A stretch of DNA of 16,196 nucleotides from Paraphysomonas bandaiensis. Its lineage: Eukaryota; Protista; Chrysophyceae. The stretch covers positions 1 through 16,196 of the forward strand of contig CBFFRP010000274.1 of the NCBI GenBank assembly GCA_965644295.1. Direction: 5' to 3'. Both the position numbers and the translations under genes were made by a program. Shown piece after piece: positions 1 to 10,149 of this stretch (within the stretch, counting starts at the first letter, position 1; each line of letters opens with the position of its first letter). The notes beneath the pieces were generated by a model. That model had not been told where the DNA came from. It saw only the letters and a list, made by a program, of their open reading frames with translations, and searched no databases.

Positions 1-1210
1 CAGGAGTACACCTCCCGCGCAAACTCGCTCAAGCGGATGGCAGTGCATCCAAAGACAAACTCAGCTCAAATCTACGCCAAAGAATACTCAACACGGCACT
101 GACATGGGACAAATCTTTCTGCATAGGGAGGAACCGGGCCAAAACCAAACAGGGGCTTGACCTGACCAAAGCCGCATGCTCTGACTGCGGGTTTCGACTA
201 GATTCCCTAAAACATATGTGCCTCGACTGCACACATGAATCCATCACCCAAATAAGGGAAACTGCATTTCAATCGCATAAAAATGTGCTCCACGAAATAC
301 AGAGAACTCAGACCTTACCCAACTGGATCACATCTGCACTACGGAGACTCTCCAGCAGAGCCTGGAATCCCTCCATCCCACAGGTCGAGAGATACTGGAC
401 TGGAACCATCACAGCAGCCCAACTGGAAACGGTCTTCGGAGATGCCATACACAACCACCTGACGGCACACAGTCTACGGAACCTAGAAACAGCGGTTATT
501 AATCTCCTGCAACCGCTTTACACTGCAGCGAAGCTTATGTTTCAGGATCGCGGTTGTCGCTATATCACCATGTCCAAAAGGCCGCCCAGGCTACTCCCGA
601 GACCCCGTCCGAAACGCAGTCAGTCAAGACAACGCCCGAGAGTCCTTCGCTTACTAGGGGTCCAACGACGACCCCCCACAGCGTATCCGACTCCAGACAC
701 ACGTGCACACCTCACAGGTCCTACCCGACAGAGCACTGGACTGCCCAGACCTCCACAACGCCGACGGCTTCGACAACTCTATATACACCCGCGGCCCCAC
801 AGGAGCACAGTAACACAGACTACAAACCCTACCCCTCCTCCCAACAATCCCCACCACCCTCAACCCACACATCTGGAACTAGGTGCACTCAAGACCCTAA
901 TTCAGAACGCTGAGCCCCCTCCAAAACCAATGGAGACCCATCCCAAAGGGAGACCCCCAGATCAATAGCGCCGGTGAGTCCCAGGACACACGATCATGGC
1001 GAGCCTCATAACACACACTAAGAACGGAAGTGGTTGCACCTTGGTGCTTGCGGCGACGCACAAGCAGCTTCTGTAGCGTTAAATAGTAGGATAAAAGAGT
1101 TTGTATTGATTAGTTACGGGTAGTGGTCTAACTAGTATGACTAGCATTCTTCTAGCCACTAATTGATGCAAGGTCTCAACGCCTATTGCTAAATAATCAG
1201 ACATTCACTA
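1..1210 (+). mobile_element. 3' end of a non-LTR retrotransposon (LINE): ORF2 C-terminus plus ~240-nt 3' UTR; 5' part lies outside the window
   Basis: Frame is open from position 3 to the stop at 968 and contains a CX2CX8HX4C knuckle. The region is C/A-rich and intronless. The 3' UTR block 1021-1210 recurs at 8491, 9331 and 13201. Confidence 0.8.
3..968 (+). CDS. Non-LTR retrotransposon ORF2 C-terminal fragment (zf-RVT-type CCHC knuckle followed by a Pro/Arg/Thr-rich tail), 5'-partial
   Basis: Extending ORF 216..968 upstream in frame gives no stop to the window edge. 177-230 encodes CSDCGFRLDSLKHMCLDC, the cysteine motif typical downstream of RT in APE-type LINE ORF2 proteins. The protein ends GRPPDQ*. 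Confidence 0.75.
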   Translation, partial: GVHLPRKLAQADGSASKDKLSSNLRQRILNTALTWDKSFCIGRNRAKTKQGLDLTKAACSDCGFRLDSLKHMCLDCTHESITQIRETAFQSHKNVLHEIQRTQTLPNWITSALRRLSSRAWNPSIPQVERYWTGTITAAQLETVFGDAIHNHLTAHSLRNLETAVINLLQPLYTAAKLMFQDRGCRYITMSKRPPRLLPRPRPKRSQSRQRPRVLRLLGVQRRPPTAYPTPDTRAHLTGPTRQSTGLPRPPQRRRLRQLYIHPRPHRSTVTQTTNPTPPPNNPHHPQPTHLELGALKTLIQNAEPPPKPMETHPKGRPPDQ

Positions 1211-2019
1211 TACCTCTATCCATATATCAGTCTGGTCACAACTGACTCAGTATTAAAGTGTAAAAGAAGATACATTCAGCATTTCATTGCATATCTAGTT
1301 CAAATGCAACATACTCACACAAATGCGTATGTATGTATTATGTATGATCAAACTGGATTCGATATAATACATTATACATTCTATATACGATATACGATGA
1401 TAAGAATAATGTAGAAAACGTAATGTACAACTGCATGCCTAGGTAATTCGGCAACATACATCTATTAGCATGGATATAAACCCCGGAATTCTCCAGCCTT
1501 ACTCATCTTAAAGTTCCATTAATATTGTTAATATTTGTCTCCAAAATTACTCCTTTTTCTCTTTGTTTTTGTTCAAATTGATTCTTTATCAGTAGCATGC
1601 GGCAAGCGCATCTTATATCACTGCCATAATATTCAGTAGATTTATAAGTTCAATAATTATAATTGTACCATTGTAAATATAATATGTACAAGTATTAGCA
1701 TATACAATAGATAGATCATAGGAATAAATAACCAGATAGCTGGTTATTACAAAATCAATCGCCAAACGACCAAAAATTCTTATTGAATTCAGATTTATAT
1801 GCGCCTTACTGCAAATAATGGAGTATGAACTGGTAACACTCAAACTATTTCACTTATACATGTAGAAGAACCGATAACACCCTATGTCAATCACTCAACG
1901 ATGCGAACTTTACTGTCGTAGAACAACAGTTGCAACGAAGTCATATTTACACAGTCCACTTTCGCCAATTAGCTGGGCCTTTTAGTTTTTTTTTCGACGA
2001 GCTCCGTATAAGGCGCCCC

Positions 2020-2514
2020 TTAGTTGCTTTCTTTTTGCAATGCTTTACTCTTGTCTTCTTGCGCTATTATATACCGTCGGACTTCACTCTCGATCCCAGA
2101 GTGTCTATAGTAGTCGTCCGCCCGTTGCAGCAGGCGGATGATTTTTCCATCAATGAGATGGAAACTAGCGAGAACTTTTAAACCACATTTCTCGCCTGAA
2201 ATCGGGATAATACCCCCCCACTTTGCACCCTCCTGACAAATGTAATCAGTTTCCCACTCAGCGAGCACCACGGACTTCCCGTCCAATTTTTCTGAACATA
2301 AAGCAATTGACACTATCCGGAGTCTGCTCGTAGACACCAGGGACTCCCAGGCAGGCAAAAAAGCATATAGATATGAAGGCTTATTGTGTTGCCCATTGTC
2401 GTCGTCGAAAACGAAATCATCGTGGAGAAGGCTATCCACAGACGAATAATCAACATTCGACAGCCTCGAGTAGCAGCCTTCCAGGAACGATGTTACTGTA
2501 CTAATCTCAGACAT
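2020..2514 (-). CDS. NTF2-like / SnoaL-like (ester cyclase-type) protein, 164 aa, intronless
   Basis: Motifs 'VDSLLHDDFVF', 'GIIPISGEK' and 'FHLIDGKII' follow the SnoaL/NTF2 pattern (L..D.v; G.p.tG+; F.l.DGKI). Recognised by eye only. Confidence 0.65.
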   Translation of the reverse strand: MSEISTVTSFLEGCYSRLSNVDYSSVDSLLHDDFVFDDDNGQHNKPSYLYAFLPAWESLVSTSRLRIVSIALCSEKLDGKSVVLAEWETDYICQEGAKWGGIIPISGEKCGLKVLASFHLIDGKIIRLLQRADDYYRHSGIESEVRRYIIAQEDKSKALQKESN

Positions 2515-3029
2515 AATAGTGCGCTAATACCACAAGTACTTATGTATGCTAAGGAAATCCACAACCACAATGAAAGTCCTCGATTCTAGAGCATATTATA
2601 TTTCTCACCTAGAAAGAAACCGAGAGGCGATTGATGTTAGTGCTTCGAACGGAATGGGTGGGATTTGTGCGCCTCTCATAGATATGGAGTATACTCTGAC
2701 GATCATAATATATGACGCAGCAATACAGGAATACGGTAGAAATTTGGATCCAATAGAAATGTCATGTTTTTATAGATAGCCATGTTTATTATTGCACAGA
2801 AATCTAGAAATTAGGAGAAGGACATCAAAATGTTAGGGAAGACAGAACAAATATACATACAAAAAACTAGTAGGAATTCCTAGATCATGATTTTAGCTCA
2901 TTCAGGATTAGATTTTATGTGAACACTGGAAATGAACTACACATCTTTCCTGAGTGCCACAAGCCTTCGCCTTCGCCATAAGCAATGTGCTGATATTAAC
3001 GTATAAAGTTTATCTTTCCATCGAAAACT

Positions 3030-6000
3030 ATGTCGTTAAAGAAATATAAGAAGGTGAAGTATCTCGGCAAAGGATCATACGGTGCAGCTATATTGGTGTG
3101 CCTCAAATCAGACCCCAAAGAAAACTTTGTCATCAAGGAAATTGTTATCGGTCATCTGAAGGACTCAGAGCAACAATCAGCGAAGAATGAAGTTGAAGTA
3201 CTTCGCCAAATGCATCATTCCAATATCGCCATGTATGTGGAAAGTTTTGTGGAGAATTCTAAGTTATATATTGTCATGGAATACGCGAACGGAGGGGACT
3301 TGACTAGAGCAGTGCAAAGACGAAAGAAAAGTGGCCGACGATGGAATGAGGATGAAGTCATGAGAATATTTGTGCAGATTTGTTTAGCCCTGAAACATGT
3401 GCACGATCAAAACATATTACACCGTGATCTGAAGTCGCAAAATATTTTCCTTACAAATAGAGGTATAGTGAAATTGGGCGATTTTGGCATTGCTAAAATA
3501 CTGGATGCCTCTGGCGATGAAGCACGCACCCAGATCGGCACGCCATATTATTTGTCTCCTGAGATTTGTGAATCGAAACCCTATGGACGAAGTTCAGACA
3601 TGTGGTCGTTAGGTGTGTCTTACCCGATATGATAGTTGATTGATGGATTTGTTTGTATTTCTATTTATTGTTCGATTTTATTGCCACACTTTTACCTTGT
3701 TTTATTGCATCAGCTCATGGTATTGTTTCATTCTCGAGTTCTAACTCATTTCGTGCTAGGGGTGGTGTTCTACGAGCTGTTGGTGCTGGACCTTCCATTC
3801 ACTGCACATAGCTTACCAGCCTTAGTTGTCAAGATTTGTTCTGCAGAGCCTAGTTGGAATGTTATTGAGGACAACTACAGCCCCGAGATATTGACCCTGG
3901 TAGAATACTTACACTCCTAATGTGTCATTGTACAATCCACTTAACCACCGCGTTGTACTTCTGTGTGTTGCAGGCTCGACAGATGATTATGAAAAACCCT
4001 TTTAAACGACCAACAGTAAAAGACATTGTACGGACAGAGTTTGTAACTGGTCACATCAGCCGGCTTCTGTCTCACACGATTCGCAAGGGTACCGGTGGGG
4101 CTGAGAGCGCTGTGACAAGCACATGTCCTACTGACTCCGAAGAGCGACAGCTCATGGAACAGCTGGATAAAGAGAAACCACATCCAGTAGGTCAGGTGCG
4201 AGAATCATATACATGCATGTGTCAGAATGACAATATTTATGGCTAGATGCACCGTGAGCGTCAAGCCAAGCGAGAAGAGGAAAGGGAAAAGCTCAGGAAG
4301 TTTCGGTGAGTGGCAGTACTGCAACTGCGTTATGAGTAGCTGAGAAATAGGTGTACCAGTGAGCATAGACACAAGGAAAGGGAGGAGTCCGAAGTTGAGG
4401 GAAACAACATAAAAATGGACGATAAGGGGGACGTACGTCAACGAATGAAACACCATAAGGAACATCATCAAACCGACGACGCACAGAAAATATATATAGT
4501 GAGTGGATATAAACCCAGCGTGACGTCATCTCATGACCTACTTATCTACGGCCCAATGAATTAGTCCTTGTTTACAGGCAAATCAGGTCAGAGCTAGAGA
4601 AAGCAGACTGAATGCTGAGCGCGATATACCTAACAAGCATAGCAAGCGTTGTCATACCAATAACCCTTCTGGTCGTGACGTAGCTCAAAGAGTAAACGAT
4701 TTTTCGCAGTTTGAGGGTGCTGCTAGAAGGTCTGTTGTTCCAGTATTACGTTACCCTCCCAGTTTATGTGTACCATTGTTATATTATACAGGGAATTTTT
4801 TGCTAATCGAGCCGCCGCACAGCTAATTAAGGCACGGGTTGAGCAATATGAAAGAGTGGGAGGAAGTTATGCCGAAGGTGGACACATTGGGGGACAGCAG
4901 GAAGTGCGGAGAAATATGATTACGCGCCCAGATACCTCTGTTACCGGTATGTTGCTGTCCTTGAGAATTATTTGAACTAGTGTTGATTTAGTGTTTGGTA
5001 GGTGAGGATAGAATCGCTCAAGTTAAAGCACAACGAGAAAGAGCACGCGAACAAGAGAACTCCGAGAGACAGAGACAAGTAAAGTCCTATGTGCTAATAG
5101 TGCTAATTTTTAAATAGTGTGCATGTAATCTATATCTAGCTCCAAGTTGCGTATGAAGAAACAAGGTCTGCAAAGGCCAGGCTGACAGAGCAGCGGAAGA
5201 AGCAAGAAGAGCGCACGAAGCTACAAGACGATGCTATTGGCGATCGGTTGCGATATGACGATATCTCCGGCAGGTATGAACTAGAGTTTGTAAATATTCG
5301 TTTGACTATTTTATAGGTCACCGAGATTGGGAGATGATTCCGATCAAGGTGGGAGTCACTACGAGCGTCAGCGTCGCAGAGAAAAACAGAGAGAAGAAGA
5401 AACTCGGCAGCGGGAAGAGGTCAGTTGACGATAGCAATATCCAGTGGTTACTGTACTGTTGATTTAGGCATTCCGTGTGGTGGCTGCTGAAAACCGTGCT
5501 CAGCGTAGGGCGATGCGAAAAGAAGGACGAGTTGAGGCAGTAGCCTTTAGTATAGATTTAAATGAAGTAAACAGCGTACCCGCTGACAGTGCTTCTTTGT
5601 TTGAAAAGGTTCCAGTTCCCAAAATTTCCCGAGCGTCAGTAGATACGAATGACAGGGACATATCAGATAAAAAAGATGGCACCAATATCAACAATGTGAA
5701 TTCGGCGAGAGCTCAGAGAACTGTAAGCGATGGTTGCTCTGCCCTTGATGGTGATGGTATTGCTGTGAACTGGTGTGAAGACGAACCAGAAGTCAGAAAG
5801 CAGCACTCCAAGGACTCTGGTGGTCGAAAGCCTCGTAAAGGGTGGGGAGCGCCAATAGATCCCTTTCACTTTCCTGCACCAGACCCAACAATTGAAGCCG
5901 ACGATTCTTATATATGGAAGGGTAACTATGGTGCGCCTCAGAAAGTACAAGAAAGCTCTACGCTTATAAGAGCATATGGTGGTGAGAATCAGCTTGCGAT

Positions 6001-6884
6001 TGCATATCCTTTCTGAGGTCGTTTCTGTGAAGAGTCATTGGCTCGAGAGGTTGCTGAAGATGAAGAGATTGTGCTGAATGCCATTGAAGCTAAACATGGG
6101 AGAGAGCACGAAGCAAGGACACAGGCGAAAAAGGTCAAATACTTGTGTACATTGTGATTTTGTATTTATTGTGTACTCCTTAAAGAAATTTCGAGTATTG
6201 AGGGCGCAGCAGCAAGAGTGTATAAAGAGTTTTAAAAGAGGTTTGTGAAAGTACAATCCATAGTTTTAAGCGACTATCCCTGACGTGTATACAGTGGCCT
6301 CACCATCCACTGCACAAGATGTAAAAGGCGATATCCTACAGGTAGAGGCTGTAGAGAACAAACTGGGTTCAGTCGGTTACATGGAGCCTCGTGTGGTTTC
6401 CTCCTCTCGACCAAACTTGAATGAAATTCTCAGTAAGGTTGCTGCGGCCAACGAGGAGGTAAAGAAAGCGGTCGGAGTTAGCCGTAGCAAGATTGTTAGT
6501 ACGAAGGATGAAACGGATAGAGAGTCTGCACAGGTTACGAATTCTGACAAAGTGGGCGATAGTGAGATACTTTTTTACTCGGATAATGACGACGACGGCA
6601 GCAAAGACAAGGCCGATGATTTAGTAAAAACATTGGACACGTGGTTTACTCGCCACGAAAATAGGAAAAGTGTGGATGAATGCCTTTCTGAGTCGAAGCT
6701 ATCTCGTGAACGACGTGAGGCCGCAAGAAATGCTCTAAGAGAGGAAAGCAGCTGGCTTTTTAACGGCTACGATGATAACTGTGAGGATGAGGCAGGGGTT
6801 GAGAATTCAGAAGATGGAGAAATGGCCGATTTGCAGTGTATGCTAGCTGATGTGTTGATACTAAACGATGACTATAAGATGTAA
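3030..6884 (+). CDS. NEK: NIMA-related Ser/Thr kinase (NEK1-like), 14 exons, ~1010 aa, N-terminal kinase domain and charged coiled-coil tail
   Basis: Kinase motifs LGKGSYG, VIKEI, YIVMEYANGGDL, HRDLKSQNIFL, KLGDFGIAK and IGTPYYLSPEIC are NEK-family typical. Manual GT-AG splicing gives exons 3030-3612, 3760-3899, 3974-4195, 4247-4305, 4351-4498, 4578-4729, 4792-4946, 5002-5078, 5140-5273, 5317-5419, 5468-5981, 6033-6133, 6186-6240, 6295-6884. These total 3033 nt in one open frame ending TAA. Junctions after exon 3 are less certain. Confidence 0.9.
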
Positions 6885-7695
6885 TTTAGTCCAGTATTTG
6901 TATTGTACATGTATGTGATAATTGTAGTTGTAATATGGTATCGGTGCTAGATTCCTACGTTGTAGGCGATACATTTATTCTCTGATTGTGCATTTTATTA
7001 AAATATCACGGCTTTTCCTTATCCAGTGAAGATTTATTCGTTTCTCTATAGTCAATATCACATGGAAGTGAAACCCGAGATATTGCAAGTTGCGACAGTG
7101 TGTGCAGATTCCTTGGGCAACACTCAGAAATGAAAGGTAACGCCACATGATCTAACTAGGCCATATTAGCTATTACACTTTGCCTTTCAGTCTTATATGT
7201 ACTGTGGTGCTTTGTGACAGATCAAGGCCAGATTTGCCTTCTTATTAACCATAATGTGGTCCATCCCAAGTGGTTATTGTCTTAATAATTACAAAAGAAG
7301 CAGAATATTTCTAAATCTTCAGAACATCTTTCGTGCAGCTATCTTACAAATAATTTATACCATCATAAAGGTACAAATCCATATTACTCTACTTGAAGAA
7401 CAGCTAGCATGAGAAAACAAAAATAAGTATAAATTCAAAATATCTGATTATTAGCAGTAAATAAACATGACGATATCAAACGTAGTAGTATTTAAGACAC
7501 ACAACTAAAGTATTTCTTCACTATTTAGGGCTTTGTAAGATATATGTTGCCATGTATCCACGAGAAAAATACGTGCAAAGTCTTGAGAAGGGGACTTTTG
7601 CTTCAAGTCATTTACTTCATCTCTTTATACCTGGCAACACATGTCTACTTTCATTAATTGCTTATAGTGGAACTCCCGTGTGGGGCTTATCAACA

Positions 7696-7781
7696 CCCTC
7701 AACAAAGTCGAATTTGCATTTTTTCGTGGTGTTCTGGGGGATAAGTACTGGATATACTTTTCCGGGAATCTAACGTGGGCC
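7696..7781 (+). ncRNA. Decayed copy of the candidate HDV-like ribozyme
   Basis: Homologous to 9036-9122. It keeps TTTTCGT-GGT-GTTCTGGGGG, a P4 stem (CTGGA/TCCGG) and CTAAC-GTGGG, but the P2/P3 5' strands carry C>T changes. Confidence 0.35.
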
Positions 7782-8640
7782 ACATATTCTGCCCACTAAT
7801 AGCCTAATGCTTGCGTGATACAAAGGAAACCAATTCAAGTGTTACTTGTGTAGAGATCTTTGGGCCCTGACAAATAAACAGGAATTCGGGAATGGGCCCA
7901 CCTCAACAAAGGCATCCGCGGTATTGGGCTGCCTACAGAAGTCGAGGTAATACCAAAACCTGGTTTTTGATGTAAAACCTGATGAAATATTTGATGATGG
8001 TCGGAAAAGGGGTTAAATATGCACAATAACTAACTATGAAGATATTAACAGTGTGAAAAGTATTGTTTATAATATTTTTGACTACTTTCTTGCATATTAC
8101 TTCAGTTTTACAGCAATAAAAGTCACCGACTACACACATATGTTATACAGTTCAAGCTATTCCGTCAAGCATAATATAAAGCTATTCTTTGTACGATACC
8201 CCACTACGATATTCTGAAGTCAATCATCCGGGCTGTTCACCTTTAGGACTCGTCAGCAGATGTCAGATATATATAAACATTCTGCTTGTTGCTCAGAGCG
8301 ACATTTGCTTTGGGTGATAAAGAAAAAATAATTAAGAAACAGCAATAGTGGCAGAGCCTAGAACAGAGTAGGTGGATCAAGGCGCGCTCTCATCTGAGAA
8401 TGTTTTGACTGGAAAACGTCGACGCGTAGTAGTGGGGTGTCGGTCAAAAAACGCTTTGTATGCTTATGACTGAAAATGCTTAAACAGTATAGAGCAGAAG
8501 TGGCAGCACCTTGGTGTTTGTGGTGACATACAAGAAGTTTCCCTAGGGTTAAATAGTAGGAATATTATTAGTATTAAGTACCAGATAGATTTCTGTTTAG
8601 TTTTAACACTTGCATGCCCATATTGCTGAACAATAATCAG
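7696..8640 (+). mobile_element. Non-autonomous LINE-related element, copy B (diverged, with two extra internal segments)
   Basis: 7696-7943 aligns to 9036-9300, 8214-8251 aligns to 9293-9330, and 8491-8560 matches 9331-9400 at 59/70. It ends TATTGCTGAACAATAATCAG, like the other copies. No TSD found. Confidence 0.8.
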
Positions 8641-9024
8641 CGTGTTAAGTTTTGCTGTTTGAGAGCTATTATAAGCTGTAGTTCTAAGGTATTTGAAGTA
8701 TGACCGTTACTTGAAGAATACAGTATTGATTAACAGTATTACATACATGAACTATGGATATTAAAGGAATAATAGCAGTGGTACTGAAATAGTATATATT
8801 CACTGTATAAGATCGAGTCTATATATCCAAGATCGTATGAAAATGCTTAGTTGTTGAGATAACACGAATTTGACAAACATAACAATTAATAATAAAAGTG
8901 AGATTGATCATAAATTGAGTGTATATTACGTTCAGTTAATTAAGTTTAAACCATCCAAACATCAAAATTTGATAGAGCGAACCTCTTTGAAGAGAGAATT
9001 TACTTACAACTCGATAAGAAACAG

Positions 9025-9035
9025 AGGATTTCTTT
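9025..9035 (+). repeat. Target-site duplication, left copy (AGGATTTCTTT)
   Basis: Identical 11-mer at 9513-9523. It directly abuts the position where homology with copy B begins (9036 vs 7696). Confidence 0.85.
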
Positions 9036-9122
9036 CCCTCAACAAAGTCGGACTCGCACCTTTTCGTGGTGTTCTGGGGGATAAGTAACGGAGAGATTCT
9101 TTCTGGGAAACTAACGTGAGCC
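9036..9122 (+). ncRNA. Candidate HDV-like (delta) self-cleaving ribozyme at the element 5' end
   Basis: Elements occur in nested double-pseudoknot order: P1 CCCTCAAC (9036-43)/GTTCTGGG (9071-78, 6 of 8 pairs); P2 CTCGC (9053-57)/GTGAG (9116-20); P3 ACC/GGT around a 7-nt L3 TTTTCGT (9061-67); GG (9079-80); P4 CGGAGAG/CTTTCTG (9089-9105); J4/2 CTAAC with putative catalytic C9111. Atypical points: no G at +1, and L3 lacks the usual CC. Confidence 0.5.
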
Positions 9123-9512
9123 GCAAACATAATAGTCAGCAGATATTCTTCTGTCCACTCATAACCGAATGCTTGTGTGGTACAAGGGACACAAATAAGT
9201 GTCACTTGTGTAGACGTCTTTGGGCCCTGACGAATAAACAGGCATCCGGGACAGGGCCCACCTGAAGGGTAACCGGGGTATTGGGCTGCCTGCTGAAGTC
9301 AAGCATCCGGGATGTTCACCCTAAGAACTCAGAGCGGAAGTGGTCGCACCTTGGTGCTTGCGGCGACACACAAGCAGCTTCCGTAGCGTTAAATAGTAGG
9401 ATAAAGAAAGTGTGTACTGATTAGTCACAGGTAGAGGTCTAACTAGTTTGTCTAGCTACTAAGTTGGTGCAGGTTTTTAACGCCTATTGCTAATAATAAG
9501 ACTTTCAATGTA
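9036..9512 (+). mobile_element. Non-autonomous LINE-related element (SINE-like/bipartite), copy C, 477 bp, apparently full-length
   Basis: Flanked by an 11-bp TSD. The 3' block 9331-9400 matches LINE 3' UTR 1021-1090 at 66/70, and similarity continues to the terminus. The 5' block is shared with copies at 7696 and 13048. No coding capacity, TIR or LTR seen. Confidence 0.9.
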
Positions 9513-9523
9513 AGGATTTCTTT
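9513..9523 (+). repeat. Target-site duplication, right copy (AGGATTTCTTT)
   Basis: Identical to 9025-9035 and follows the conserved 3' terminus (...AATAAGACTTTCAATGTA). Confidence 0.85.
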
Positions 9524-10149
9524 GAATGCTGGATGTACATGCTTTCTAGTCAAATGTAAGAGATAGTTCTATTTTCTAATGAGTTAGGAGATGTTTGGTG
9601 TTTGTAGATGACCCCTTATTTTGATAACCATCATGCTTCGGGCAATAAAGGTGAGAGTTTGTTACTATACAGATCTGCAAAAAGACTTTGGTGGATGAGC
9701 GATTTCTTAGGTGGACTTAGAATAGCCAACCCAATATACTTTTTCCTTTATTAATTTTTTTAAAAACATAGTTGTGGTTAGTGTATGTTTAGCTACCGAT
9801 AGATATATGATATATCTAAACGGTATATGAACATACGATAAATGATAAACAAATGTAAATTGAGAAATGTGTGATATTTAATAGTCACAGCTTTATCTCA
9901 AAATACCTTTTGCTGTATCACAACTTACAACTGGAGAGTATTCATTTACAGCAATACATAATATAGCACGTCATCGACTTTCAACTATGTAAAAGATTAG
10001 AAATATAAGCAAATCAAAGGTATAAATGGTGGAAAGTATTGACACCAAACTATGCTCAAAAGAATATGCAATGCGACACAAAAATCAAACGCTATAGCAT
10101 CCAGATCAGAATCAGTCCAGGTTCTATCCTGTGCGCATTTAAAATACAG

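Noticed and set aside
1420-1960. Possible small spliced membrane-protein gene on the minus strand
   Set aside because: Splice-like sites and a hydrophobic frame exist, but no consistent model or recognisable motif could be built.
3636-6256. Short ORFs in the NEK locus, and other antisense or repeat-overlapping ORFs (e.g. 7552-7773, 8870-9205, 11937-12396, 13084-13287, 14827-15009, 15529-15738)
   Set aside because: They are exon/intron read-through pieces, antisense shadows or chance ORFs over non-coding repeats.
9036-9130. tRNA-derived SINE head
   Set aside because: No Pol III A/B boxes (no GTTCRANNC) or cloverleaf recognised.
9226-9260. CTGACGA hammerhead-like core
   Set aside because: No correctly placed GAAA with stems, and the motif is not conserved in the other copies (CTGACAA, TTGACTA).
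9385-9400. CGTTAAATAG resembles the linker of pistol ribozymes
   Set aside because: No convincing upstream P1 hairpin with a pseudoknot partner or downstream P2/P3 could be built.
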